A stretch of DNA of 64,000 nucleotides, taken from contig OZ244042.1 in the NCBI GenBank assembly GCA_965215015.1, positions 3,104,001-3,168,000 of the forward strand, written 5' to 3'. Origin of the DNA: Candidatus Poribacteria bacterium (GTDB lineage: Bacteria > Poribacteria > WGA-4E > PCPOR2b). The notes beneath the pieces are model-generated. The model was not told the origin of the DNA. It ran no database searches and saw nothing but the letters and a program-made list of their open reading frames with translations. Positions 17,916-27,428 of the stretch are shown here, in pieces (within the stretch, counting starts at the first letter, position 1; every line of letters starts with the position of its first letter). A program made the position numbers and the translations under genes.

Positions 17916-20525
17916 TTACTTTTTGCTTCGATTCCAAAAAGCGGAAATCGTAGCGGTCATCGGAATGGTCAGCACAAGTCCAAGGGTGCCAGCCAGCAAG
18001 CGCACGATTTCGGAAGACGCGATTCCGACGCTCAAAAGCTCTACCGTGGGGGATTGGAAGAGGTCAAGATTGGGTGCCGCGACCGCCATGATGAATAGTA
18101 GCTCCACGCCCAGATAAGCAAACACCAAAGTATTGACCATGGTTCCGAGGATATCGGTACCGACGTTCATCCCAGACGTGATTAAGCTCCAAGTGGGCAT
18201 GTTCGGATTTGCTCGGCGAATCTCTTCCATTGAGGAAGAGACCTCAATAGCACCATCGATAGCCACGCCAAGCACTCCCATTAACATTCCCGCGAGCAGC
18301 ACCTGTCGAAAATCGAAAGGTGGTGTGCGGGTTGCTTCCATGATATCCGCAGAGACCGCATGTTCCATCCCGGAAAAATGGAGATGGTTTTGGGCAAACA
18401 TAACAATCAGCCCTGCGGCAAGGATACCCCCCATCGTGCCGAACACAGCTGAAAAGGTTTTTCGACTTGGACCGATTACGAATACGAGGGATACAAACGC
18501 AATCATGCCGGAGGTGAGGGTGACAATCAACACAGCGTTTTCGCCGCGTGAAATCAACGGGATCATGAAGAAGTAAAGGATTAGCCCTGACCCAATCATC
18601 GCGCAGGCAGTCCGTATCCCCTCATTGCGCCCCACAATGATGATCACCACCAGCATCAATCCAAACATCCAAATCAGAAATCGGTCACGCCCATACTCTT
18701 GAACAAGATTTACCAGACTGACCTGATCCGGCGTCCCTCCGATGCGGCATAAGATAATATCACCCGGTTCAGCGGGAATACTCAACAAATCTACCTTATG
18801 GTTGAGAATATTCCGCAGGATAATCGTTTGTCCTTCGTAGATGCCTGATAACATTTCGATTTTTAAGATGTGATGTTCTGTCGTTGCGTCGTAAACATTG
18901 AGTCTGTCTTCCGCTTCGCCAACAGAAAAGGTAACCTCGTTCTTCTCATCCCTAATTAGCCATTTTGTATCCCTCCAATTTTTTATCGAAACGGTGAGGT
19001 CGTGTGATAGCGGCACATTATGGTTTTCAAACGCTCGTTGTAAGTCTGCGGAGACCTGCCAACGCTCTAAATTGCTTTTTTCTTTTAGATCTACACTGAA
19101 TAGGAAGGGGGCGTTCGATTCGAGGAGACTAATCACCCTCCCTTTGGCATATTCAGATCTAGAGGTAAGATTACCATCTGCGTCATGATGCTCGACAATT
19201 ACGGCTGATGCACGGTTGATTCGATGGTAGAGATATTGTGTGCCCACAAGCACAACAATCAGTGCTATCGGCACCGCCAAACGCGCTTTGCTTTTCGGGT
19301 CGTCGGTGCGGAAAAGCTCCTCAAGTTCCTCCTCCGACGGCAGATCCTCATCAATTTCCGACGGGTTCACCTTCCGGTATTTGGTCAGGATGCCCGCGAC
19401 GACCGCAGCAATAGGTACGGTCAAGACTAGCCCGATAGTTCCGACAATAGCCTGAGTGATAGCAACCACTGTCGCTTCGTCATTCGCCAGACGGAGGAAT
19501 GGGTAAAGGTATCCGACTTCAGGAAACTCAATACGGGGGAGCAGCATCGTAATCATATACGCGCCAAGATAGGCAAAGATGAGGGTATCCGCCATCGTTC
19601 CCATGATGTCTCGACCCACGTTCAACCCGGCACGGATAGCCTGCCGGACGGTAATATTTGGGTTGACCTGTTTGACCTCATAGACAGAGGAGGAGATGGA
19701 CATACCGACGTCCATCATGGCACCAACAGCCCCTAGAATCATCCCTGCCGCGAGGAGTCCTTTGAAATCCCAATAGTGTGAACCGGCTGTTCTCCAGAGG
19801 GCGATACCCAACTCAAGAAATCCAAATTCTTGCGCCAATCCGGTCAAAAGCATCGCCTTTTGGCTGATGACAGATAAGATGCCAACGGCGGCCAATCCGC
19901 CGAGGGTTCCTAGCACCCCGGAAATCACTTTAAAGCTGAACCCGGTAATCAGCACAAAGGTTGTAAGGGTCAGCAAAGAAGCAACAAATAGGGCAACAGC
20001 AATCGGATTGAAGCCTTTGAGCGTTAAGGGAACAAGGATATATAGAATACCAAAAGCAGTGACGAACAGCGTCAATATTGCGCGTATCCCCTTCATACCG
20101 GCAACCACAATTATGAGGATTCCTAACACGCCTGCAAGATAGAGCAGAAAAGGGGTTCGGAAATATTCGAGCATTCGCACATCGTCCCGTACATCGTCCA
20201 AGGTTGTGGCATCTTGTTGTCTGAGGGGCATTTCAAGGAAAAGCACATCTTTTCTGCTTATCACCCGATCGCCGAATGCTCGCCCTGTCCAGATGTTGTT
20301 GACTTGAACAGTTTCCCCCCGAAATTTCCCAGAAATAACGCGAAAGGTTATAATCTGATCAACCTCCTCACTCGTATCCACCTTTGTTACCCGTCCGAGG
20401 CAGACCAACGTCTGCAAGGCACCATGTTGGACAATCTCGTTAAATTGGAACAGTTTGACGTGCAGCACTAGGACGATAACGAGAATTGTTAGCACTCCAA
20501 AGATTTTTAGATTTCTTTCACTCAT
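17916..20525 (-). CDS. Tandem double YibE/F-family membrane protein
   Basis: Two copies of the 'GxxxDxxxxxSSS..E..NP...GxNVGxDIxGTM..TLxFAYLG' module. Confidence 0.88.
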   Translation of the reverse strand: MSERNLKIFGVLTILVIVLVLHVKLFQFNEIVQHGALQTLVCLGRVTKVDTSEEVDQIITFRVISGKFRGETVQVNNIWTGRAFGDRVISRKDVLFLEMPLRQQDATTLDDVRDDVRMLEYFRTPFLLYLAGVLGILIIVVAGMKGIRAILTLFVTAFGILYILVPLTLKGFNPIAVALFVASLLTLTTFVLITGFSFKVISGVLGTLGGLAAVGILSVISQKAMLLTGLAQEFGFLELGIALWRTAGSHYWDFKGLLAAGMILGAVGAMMDVGMSISSSVYEVKQVNPNITVRQAIRAGLNVGRDIMGTMADTLIFAYLGAYMITMLLPRIEFPEVGYLYPFLRLANDEATVVAITQAIVGTIGLVLTVPIAAVVAGILTKYRKVNPSEIDEDLPSEEELEELFRTDDPKSKARLAVPIALIVVLVGTQYLYHRINRASAVIVEHHDADGNLTSRSEYAKGRVISLLESNAPFLFSVDLKEKSNLERWQVSADLQRAFENHNVPLSHDLTVSIKNWRDTKWLIRDEKNEVTFSVGEAEDRLNVYDATTEHHILKIEMLSGIYEGQTIILRNILNHKVDLLSIPAEPGDIILCRIGGTPDQVSLVNLVQEYGRDRFLIWMFGLMLVVIIIVGRNEGIRTACAMIGSGLILYFFMIPLISRGENAVLIVTLTSGMIAFVSLVFVIGPSRKTFSAVFGTMGGILAAGLIVMFAQNHLHFSGMEHAVSADIMEATRTPPFDFRQVLLAGMLMGVLGVAIDGAIEVSSSMEEIRRANPNMPTWSLITSGMNVGTDILGTMVNTLVFAYLGVELLFIMAVAAPNLDLFQSPTVELLSVGIASSEIVRLLAGTLGLVLTIPMTATISAFWNRSKK

Positions 20526-20774
20526 TTTTATTTTCCTTTTCCCTATTTACCAATAATTTTTCCGCTTTCTGCCTTTAGACCTCATCAGGATTGCACTATT
20601 TGGTACACTTTGGTTGTGCACTTAGGTGCGACGATGCAAAGTGTAAAGCCCCCAGCATGAACCCTTGCCCTTAATTGACGCTAATCCTTCCAGTTAAGCT
20701 AAGGATATATCCCATCTAATCGCAATTTTCATACCTTCTAATAGGTTGTAGAGGCAAAATTTCCCTATGTTACT

Positions 20775-22616
20775 TTATTGTAGGGACCTGCTTCCAGTTT
20801 GCCCCTCCCGTTCTCTCAAGTGTTTGTGAATGGTTGCTGCGACGCCGTGGGGTATCCCTTTTACAGCAAGCAGCTCATCAAGACTAGCCTGCCGAATTTT
20901 TTCGACAGCACCAAAGTGCTGAAGCAATGCCTGTTTTCGCTTAGTACCAACGTTTGGAATCTCATCGAGGATAGAGTGGCTGAGTGCTCGGCTGCGGCGT
21001 TTTCGGTGATAGGTGATAGCGAATCGATGGGCTTCATCGCGCAACCGCTGAATGAGGTGCAGTGTCGGATTGTCACGTCGCAGTACAATTGGAGCTGATC
21101 TGCCGGGGAGAAAAATATGCTCAAATCGCTTGGCGAGCCCAATAATCGGAAGGTGACTCAAATCAAGTGTTTCCAACACTTCACATGCAGCACTCAATTG
21201 TCCCTTGCCTCCATCAATCAAGATCAGATCTGGGAAACGATTCTCCTCAATCGCGCGACGCAACCGACGGGCAACCACCTCCTTCATCATCGCAAAATCA
21301 TTCTGCCCCTCAACCGTGCGAATCTTGAAACGTCGATACTCAGATTTTGTGGGTTCCGCATCCTCCATCACTACCATCGAGGCGACAGGAAATCGATCGC
21401 CCAAATTAGAAATATCAAACGCTTCGATCCGGACTGGAGGGTGAGGCAAGTTTAACAACTCCTGCAACTCAATCAGGGCGGGGTTATCACCAGCTTTGAA
21501 GACGACGTGCAGTTCCTTCTGCTCAAGAATAATGCTCGCATTCTTCGCTGCCATCTCTACTAACTGGCGTTTGCGTCCTCTTTGTGGAATATACAACGTT
21601 ACCTGACTACCACGATTCTCGGACAGCCAACGCTGGATGGCTTCCGGCATCTCAATGTCATCAGGTAGTAGGATGATTTTCGGAATGAATGACGCATCTT
21701 GATAGTATTGTTGAACAAATGCGGTCAACACCTTAACTGTAGAGTCGGACGGGTTTCTCAGGAAGTAGTATTCGCGCTCAATTAGCTTTCCGTCGCGTAT
21801 CATCAACACCTGCACACACGCCTCATCGCCCGCTCGCGCCACACCGATCACATCCTCATTTTCCGCCGACGGGTTATCGAGGTTTTGTTTCGCAATTGCA
21901 TCTTTGACATTTTCGATCTGGTCTCGATATTTCGCCGCACTTTCAAAATCGAGCTCCGAGGCAGCAGACTGCATCTTTTCGCCCAGATTTTTTAAGACCG
22001 TCGTCGTGTCTCCGCTAAGAAATTGGCGGACGTTCTTTACAATCTGATCGTAATCCTCAATGGTGGTGAGATCTGCACAGGGACCAGGGCAGCGTTGAAT
22101 GTGATAATCCAAGCACACACGGTGTGGATTTCCCGATGCCTTCAGTTCTAAATTACAAGTGCGGATGGGGAAGACCTTCGTCAGTTGTTTGATGGTCTGC
22201 CGTGTCGCACCGGTATGCACAAAGGGGCCAAAATACTTCGCCGCGTCATTTTCCTTTTGGCGGGTGATGTAAAGCCCCGGAAATGGCTCGTTGACCGTCA
22301 CCTTCAGATACGGATAGCGTTTGTCGTCCTTGAGTCTGATGTTGTAACGCGGCTGATATTCCTTAATGAGGTTATTTTCAAGGATTAATGCCTCCACATC
22401 ACTTGCAGTGAGGATGGTATCGATATCGTGGACATACCGCAGCATCGGCTCGGTCAAGGCATGTGGGGTTGCAGCGTTTTGGAAGTAGGATCTGACCCGT
22501 TGGCGCAGGGAGGCTGCTTTGCCGACGTACAGCACTTTTCCTACTGCGTCTTTCATCAGGTAGACGCCGGGACCGGTAGATAGGCTTGAGAGTTTATCTC
22601 TAATCTGTTGATTCAT
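20775..22616 (-). CDS. uvrC: Excinuclease ABC subunit C
   Basis: GIY-YIG 'PGVYLMKD..VLYVGKA', UVR domain, 'RIEAFDISN', 'LIDGGKGQ', 'RDEAHRFA' and C-terminal HhH. Confidence 0.98.
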   Translation of the reverse strand: MNQQIRDKLSSLSTGPGVYLMKDAVGKVLYVGKAASLRQRVRSYFQNAATPHALTEPMLRYVHDIDTILTASDVEALILENNLIKEYQPRYNIRLKDDKRYPYLKVTVNEPFPGLYITRQKENDAAKYFGPFVHTGATRQTIKQLTKVFPIRTCNLELKASGNPHRVCLDYHIQRCPGPCADLTTIEDYDQIVKNVRQFLSGDTTTVLKNLGEKMQSAASELDFESAAKYRDQIENVKDAIAKQNLDNPSAENEDVIGVARAGDEACVQVLMIRDGKLIEREYYFLRNPSDSTVKVLTAFVQQYYQDASFIPKIILLPDDIEMPEAIQRWLSENRGSQVTLYIPQRGRKRQLVEMAAKNASIILEQKELHVVFKAGDNPALIELQELLNLPHPPVRIEAFDISNLGDRFPVASMVVMEDAEPTKSEYRRFKIRTVEGQNDFAMMKEVVARRLRRAIEENRFPDLILIDGGKGQLSAACEVLETLDLSHLPIIGLAKRFEHIFLPGRSAPIVLRRDNPTLHLIQRLRDEAHRFAITYHRKRRSRALSHSILDEIPNVGTKRKQALLQHFGAVEKIRQASLDELLAVKGIPHGVAATIHKHLREREGQTGSRSLQ

Positions 22617-22638
22617 TTTTCGGTACTTTAATTAGAAA

Positions 22639-22921
22639 TAGGACTTACGCAGTTGAACGTTCAAAGCCAACACCAAAAAAGGGCGCGCAATGGTTATGGT
22701 TGGTTGAGCCAGGATTATGGCGCAATAGTCATGGTATCCTCGGTGATGAATCACCGGACCATACGACTCACGACGCCCGATAATCGGGCAACTACAGTTA
22801 ATCCTACAGTGGCACACGCTCCGCGCGCTGTCATTGACACAACAGTTACGGCATACGCCGTATGCCTCCTTAAAGACGCGGGTTGAATTGCCTGACTACC
22901 AACTCAGGTGCGTAACTCCTA
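22639..22921. mobile_element. MITE family A, copy 2 (longest)
   Basis: TAGGACTTACGC...GCGTAACTCCTA TIRs with near-duplicated flanks TTAGAAA/TTAGGAA. Confidence 0.85.
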
Positions 22922-22943
22922 TTAGGAATACAAAATTTGTTTC

Positions 22944-24113
22944 TTAATAGACACTTGGTCGCCTATCAAAAACAACTGTAAATGTTTCAGCAACCTTATC
23001 CTCAATGAATTTAGGTTCAGGGAGATTGGTTTTGCGACACTCCTCAATCATTCGGGGGATTCCAGAACCTAGACCACGATAAGGAATTCCTATCTTCGGG
23101 ACAAATGAGATCAACACCGGATTCCTCACAATCTGTATTCCTGCTCGGATCGACTCGATCGTCGCTGTATTGGGGAGCTTGCCAGGGCTGATGATTTCAA
23201 CGCGATTATCGAAGATGAAAACACGGATGCTACTACTGATCAGGTAGTCCCGGTGAACAAGAGCGTTGACGCATGCTTCTTCCAAGGCAATTTCGGGAAT
23301 TTCCAGTATACCGGGAAAATTAAAATTCTGACCATTTTGTTGCTTTCGTAGATTACGCTTGAGAAACCCCATCGTTCCTTTGAACTGTTCGGCTAATGTT
23401 GATCCGATGTCCTCGCTGTCCAAATATTTTGTCCCTTCCAAGTGGTTGCCGATAAATGCGACCGCTTTGACCATCAACAGCGGTCGAATCTGTTGTGGTT
23501 CTTTGCCAAAAAGGAGAAGCCCTGCTAACGTCAGATGTGGTGGCTTGAGAAGTTTTAGGTTTGATAGGCTGCGTTCGGTGAAGGCGTTAAGCTGGTCAAT
23601 TTCCTGATCGTATTGCTGCTTGTAGAAATCTCTAAATCGTAACAGATCCAACTCAGCCCAACTCGTATGAGCCAGTGGCCTCTCATCGGCATACAATGTG
23701 CCCGATGCCTGCATCAACCGTCGGAGTTCTTCCCGGGTTGCCCGGCGTTTATCAGCACCCACTTTCACCCAAAACGCCGTTTTATTGACAGCATAAGGCT
23801 TGTCGGTGCCCAACGGAATGCTGATGACAACGACCAATTTGTTACCGATGCTCAGATTTTCCGTCATTACGCTTACAGGGGGCTCGATCTTTTGAGAGCA
23901 GGCGTTTGAAATCCATTGGTTGAGTTGGCGAATGTCTGCAACGCCACAAACCTCTCCTGAATCTGACACACCAACGATGAGCAACCCGCCCTCCGAATTA
24001 AGCATCGCCGCGAGCTCTGTCGCTAACGCATCAACACTGTTGAATTGGCGTTTGAGCTGTGTTTTGGAGTCTTCGCCTCGGCTGATGATTTCGTGGAGTT
24101 CAGAAGTAGTCAT
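22944..24113 (-). CDS. Schlafen AlbA_2 domain fused to RecG C-terminal (HATPase_c_4) domain
   Basis: 'GEDSKTQLK..AMLNSEGGLLIVGVSD', 'ALEEACVNALVHRDY', 'RVEIISPG' and 'RNP..GSGIPRM'. Confidence 0.88.
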   Translation of the reverse strand: MTTSELHEIISRGEDSKTQLKRQFNSVDALATELAAMLNSEGGLLIVGVSDSGEVCGVADIRQLNQWISNACSQKIEPPVSVMTENLSIGNKLVVVISIPLGTDKPYAVNKTAFWVKVGADKRRATREELRRLMQASGTLYADERPLAHTSWAELDLLRFRDFYKQQYDQEIDQLNAFTERSLSNLKLLKPPHLTLAGLLLFGKEPQQIRPLLMVKAVAFIGNHLEGTKYLDSEDIGSTLAEQFKGTMGFLKRNLRKQQNGQNFNFPGILEIPEIALEEACVNALVHRDYLISSSIRVFIFDNRVEIISPGKLPNTATIESIRAGIQIVRNPVLISFVPKIGIPYRGLGSGIPRMIEECRKTNLPEPKFIEDKVAETFTVVFDRRPSVY

Positions 24114-24182
24114 CGTAATACCCCATCCTATTAGCCTAAATCACTGGAACTTGACGAGTGTCAAGTAAGTACGCTTTACGCA

Positions 24183-25157
24183 TCACAGTACCACGTTTTG
24201 CGGTTTGCCCTCCAAGAAGGCGATAACGTTGTCAACAACGCCCTCGTTGAGCAGATCAACGCCTTCTGGCGTCATGTCTGCACAGTGGGGCGAAAGGATA
24301 ACTTGCTCACAGGCGAGAAGTGGATGGGCGACGGGCGGCGGTTCCTCGTCATATACATCAATTGCAGCACCACCGAGATGCCCAGCATTCAGTGCCTCAA
24401 CGAGCGCGTCCGTATCCACTATATCGCCGCGTGCGACATTAATCAACAAGGCGTTGGACTTCATCAGTTCAAGCTCCCGTTTCCCGATCATTTCCCGACT
24501 GTCATCGGTCAGCTTGACATGAATACTGACCACATCTGCCGTTTGCAAGAGCTGATCCAATTCGACAAACTGGACCCTCAGTTGCACTGCTCGTTCAGGT
24601 GAGGGATTGAAAGTCCATGCAATCACGTTCATCCCGATGGCTCGACCGAGTCTCGCCATCTCTGCTCCGATGTGCCCTGTACCGATAATCCCCAATGTTT
24701 TGCCTTGCAAGTAGATGTTATCCATTCGGGGCCAACCCCCAGCTTTCACCGCTGTTGTCATGAAGGCGGCCCGTTTGGCTGCAGCGAACATCAACCCAAA
24801 CCCATGTTCAGCGACAACCGGGGCTGTCCGACCGGGTTGATTGGAGATAACAACACCAAGTTCCCTTGCCGCATCTAAATCGATCATATCCGTGCCAATT
24901 GAACATGTCGAAATCATGCGTAGTTTCGGGAGTTGGTGCAAGGCTTCGGCGTACCAAGTTACAATGCCCCGCGTATTCATTATAATATCCGCGTCTTTTG
25001 AGCGGTTGATTTGTTCCTCAAGCGATTCTGGACGATTGGTGTGCAAGATGACATCGCCGTAAGGCTCCAATCGTTCCAGATGTGGCGAACCTTGTATCTG
25101 TGGTGGGTTGTCACCGGGGACAACAATTTTGACTCTGTCTGAGGTTTCTGTTGACAT
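24183..25157 (-). CDS. D-isomer-specific 2-hydroxyacid dehydrogenase
   Basis: 'GKTLGIIGTGHIG', 'LINVARG', 'GAAIDVY..EP' and 'SPH'. Confidence 0.92.
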   Translation of the reverse strand: MSTETSDRVKIVVPGDNPPQIQGSPHLERLEPYGDVILHTNRPESLEEQINRSKDADIIMNTRGIVTWYAEALHQLPKLRMISTCSIGTDMIDLDAARELGVVISNQPGRTAPVVAEHGFGLMFAAAKRAAFMTTAVKAGGWPRMDNIYLQGKTLGIIGTGHIGAEMARLGRAIGMNVIAWTFNPSPERAVQLRVQFVELDQLLQTADVVSIHVKLTDDSREMIGKRELELMKSNALLINVARGDIVDTDALVEALNAGHLGGAAIDVYDEEPPPVAHPLLACEQVILSPHCADMTPEGVDLLNEGVVDNVIAFLEGKPQNVVL

Positions 25158-25362
25158 ATAGTTTTCTCTCTTTATATTGAAAATATTGCACCGTTTATGT
25201 TTGAACTATATTAACGTAAGTTGCTGCTTATAGGGTAGGCCACAACTTAGGCAAATGAGAGTCAAAGTGAGAAAATCAGTGCTCGCAGTGGATTGACAAA
25301 TCCACTGCACAAGGGACCTAGCACATTGCACAACAGTGCCTGGTATTCTATTGCACTGTCAG

Positions 25363-25556
25363 GGTATCCTCGGTGATTCATCGCCGGTGAATATGCCTCT
25401 TGACGCCTGATGAATCGGGCAGTGACAGTGAACAAAGTAGTAGACACGATCCGTCGTGCTGTCATTGGCACAAGGGTTACGGCATACGCCAGATGCCTAC
25501 GACCTTAAAGACGCGGGTTGAATGGCGCGACTACCAACTCAAGTGCGTAACTCCTA
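25363..25556. mobile_element. MITE family A, partial copy (right part)
   Basis: Matches 22734-22921, including the GCGTAACTCCTA end. Confidence 0.75.
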
Positions 25557-25606
25557 CAGTAATAACAAATGGATAAATACAACAACCATATTTCACGCAT
25601 CATATC

Positions 25607-26626
25607 TCAGTCCATTACAAATAGGATTTTTCCTTTGCGACGGCTCTGACACGCATGAACTAGGGCGTCCTTGGCGTCGGTGAGCGGATATGTTTTCTCA
25701 ACGGGCACCTTTAATTTGCCCGATGTCACGAGAGGGATTAGTCGATCAAACATATCGTGAATCTCCCTAGTGTCAGCACGTTTATACCAAGCATTAATCC
25801 AAAAGCCGCGGAACTGAAGATCTTTGAAAATCAGTAAGCTATTGCTCATCTGGAGCGGCTGGAGTCCCATCGCACCGTAAGTAACCAATGTAGCGTGGTC
25901 GCTGAGTGATTTGGCTATCTCCCGCGCACTTTCCCCGCCTACAGCGTTCAATCCAAGTGGCACATTGGCATTGCCTGTCAAGTCCCGAATCTGTTTCGAC
26001 AGTGGTATCTCATCGGTGATGACGACATCCGCGCCCGCCGCTTCAAGTTCGGGAATTAGATCCTTTCGGCGTACAACGTTTACGGTCCTTAAACCGCGGA
26101 GACGCGCAATCTGAATCACAGCCCGACCGACTCCGGAATTGGCAGCGTTCTGGATCACCCAATCACTCGGCTTGAGGTCAACGAATGCTTCAAGCATTCG
26201 CCAAGCAGTTGGCGGGTTGACCGATAGCATCGCCGCTTGTTCCAGAGGGATGTCATCTGGCAAGGAAATCAGGTTGTCCTGAATCCCGATCTTATCGAGG
26301 CTGTTGGCGTCCCCTACATACGCCTCACACCAGTTGCCAACTCGATCCAGCGAGATAACGGGTTGCCCCACGCGAAGATTGGAAACCGCGCTGCCGGTTT
26401 GCGCGATGACACCGACACCTTCGTTTCCAACAATTGCCGGTAGGGGAGAACGAACCGGATACTTCCCCTCAAGCACGTTGATGTCGGCGGGGTTAATCGG
26501 GGAGGCTTTCATTTCAACCAAAACTTGGTTAGGTGCGATGGGAGGTAAGTCCCACGCCTCAACCTGGGCTACTTCTTCAGAGCTGCCGTACTCATGATGA
26601 CAGATAACTGTTACTGTTTTTTTCAT
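25607..26626 (-). CDS. 2-enoyl thioester reductase (MECR/ETR-like, MDR family)
   Basis: 'ASPINPADINVLEGKY', 'VNPPTAWRML', 'IQNAANSGVG' and 'VTYGAM'. Confidence 0.88.
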   Translation of the reverse strand: MKKTVTVICHHEYGSSEEVAQVEAWDLPPIAPNQVLVEMKASPINPADINVLEGKYPVRSPLPAIVGNEGVGVIAQTGSAVSNLRVGQPVISLDRVGNWCEAYVGDANSLDKIGIQDNLISLPDDIPLEQAAMLSVNPPTAWRMLEAFVDLKPSDWVIQNAANSGVGRAVIQIARLRGLRTVNVVRRKDLIPELEAAGADVVITDEIPLSKQIRDLTGNANVPLGLNAVGGESAREIAKSLSDHATLVTYGAMGLQPLQMSNSLLIFKDLQFRGFWINAWYKRADTREIHDMFDRLIPLVTSGKLKVPVEKTYPLTDAKDALVHACQSRRKGKILFVMD

Positions 26627-26707
26627 TTTACCCTCGTCTTGCGTAATGTCTATGAATTCATGATACTAATTTAGCATTGTTCTTGAGTTGTTCTAAGGAT
26701 ATAATGC

Positions 26708-27382
26708 TTATGGAATTATAGTACTGCGCGTGACACTAGGATGAAAGGAAAAAAAAATGCCAAACAACGTACTCCGATTGGCTTTAATGGGATAGATGAC
26801 ACTCCCTAGCAAGCTAATATTTGGTGATAGGTCAACTTCTACGCCAATTTGTCCTGAAAAGGCACTGCCGCGTGAGGTTTCTAGTCCTAGGGTCCACCAG
26901 CTCATATCGTAAAATGCGAGCGCGTAAGGCGCAATGGTCAGTGATGAATCGCCTATCAACCGATGGAAGAATCCCAATCCAACGGAGAACCCCAATGTGC
27001 TATTCTCGGCACCTTTTTTTTGGTCTACAACACTACTGAAGAAACTCGCGCTCGCCAGGCATTCCCAATCGCTTCCGATCAGCGGTTGAATTGAACTAAT
27101 CCCAGAATAAAAGAACGACATCGGTGATAACGTGGGTAAATGCTCGTCGTCAAAATAGAGCTGTCCTGCTTTCAAAAAACCTTCAATATCCGATAGGATC
27201 CCGTACTCAAGACTACCAACTGCTGCGATTCTTTCGTTGATGAACTCCGCTCCCACCGCGATGCTTGCCCGCCCCATTTTTAATTGATGGAGGTTGAAAG
27301 GGTGTTCGTAGAGTTGGGCGTGTGCTTTCGCCAGACCAGCTATCAATAGGGAAACTGTAATTGTTGCTACCCGTTTTTTCAT
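26708..27382 (-). CDS. Secreted hypothetical protein, possible outer-membrane beta-barrel
   Basis: Signal peptide ending AHA; alternating amphipathic strands. Confidence 0.55.
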   Translation of the reverse strand: MKKRVATITVSLLIAGLAKAHAQLYEHPFNLHQLKMGRASIAVGAEFINERIAAVGSLEYGILSDIEGFLKAGQLYFDDEHLPTLSPMSFFYSGISSIQPLIGSDWECLASASFFSSVVDQKKGAENSTLGFSVGLGFFHRLIGDSSLTIAPYALAFYDMSWWTLGLETSRGSAFSGQIGVEVDLSPNISLLGSVIYPIKANRSTLFGIFFSFHPSVTRSTIIP

Positions 27383-27428
27383 ATCCGTCCCCTATGCGAA
27401 AGAATCTCTTTCGGTTTACCGAAAGTTG

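Noticed and set aside
20560-20600. Minus-strand CTGATGAGGTCTAAAGGCAGAAA resembling a hammerhead ribozyme core upstream of YibE/F
   Set aside because: The closing pair of stem II is a G-A mismatch, and I could not build stems I and III. An Infernal scan would settle it.
22632-22886. Short ORFs on both strands
   Set aside because: They lie wholly within MITE family A; the same applies to ORFs 25262-25471 and 28661-28864 within other elements.
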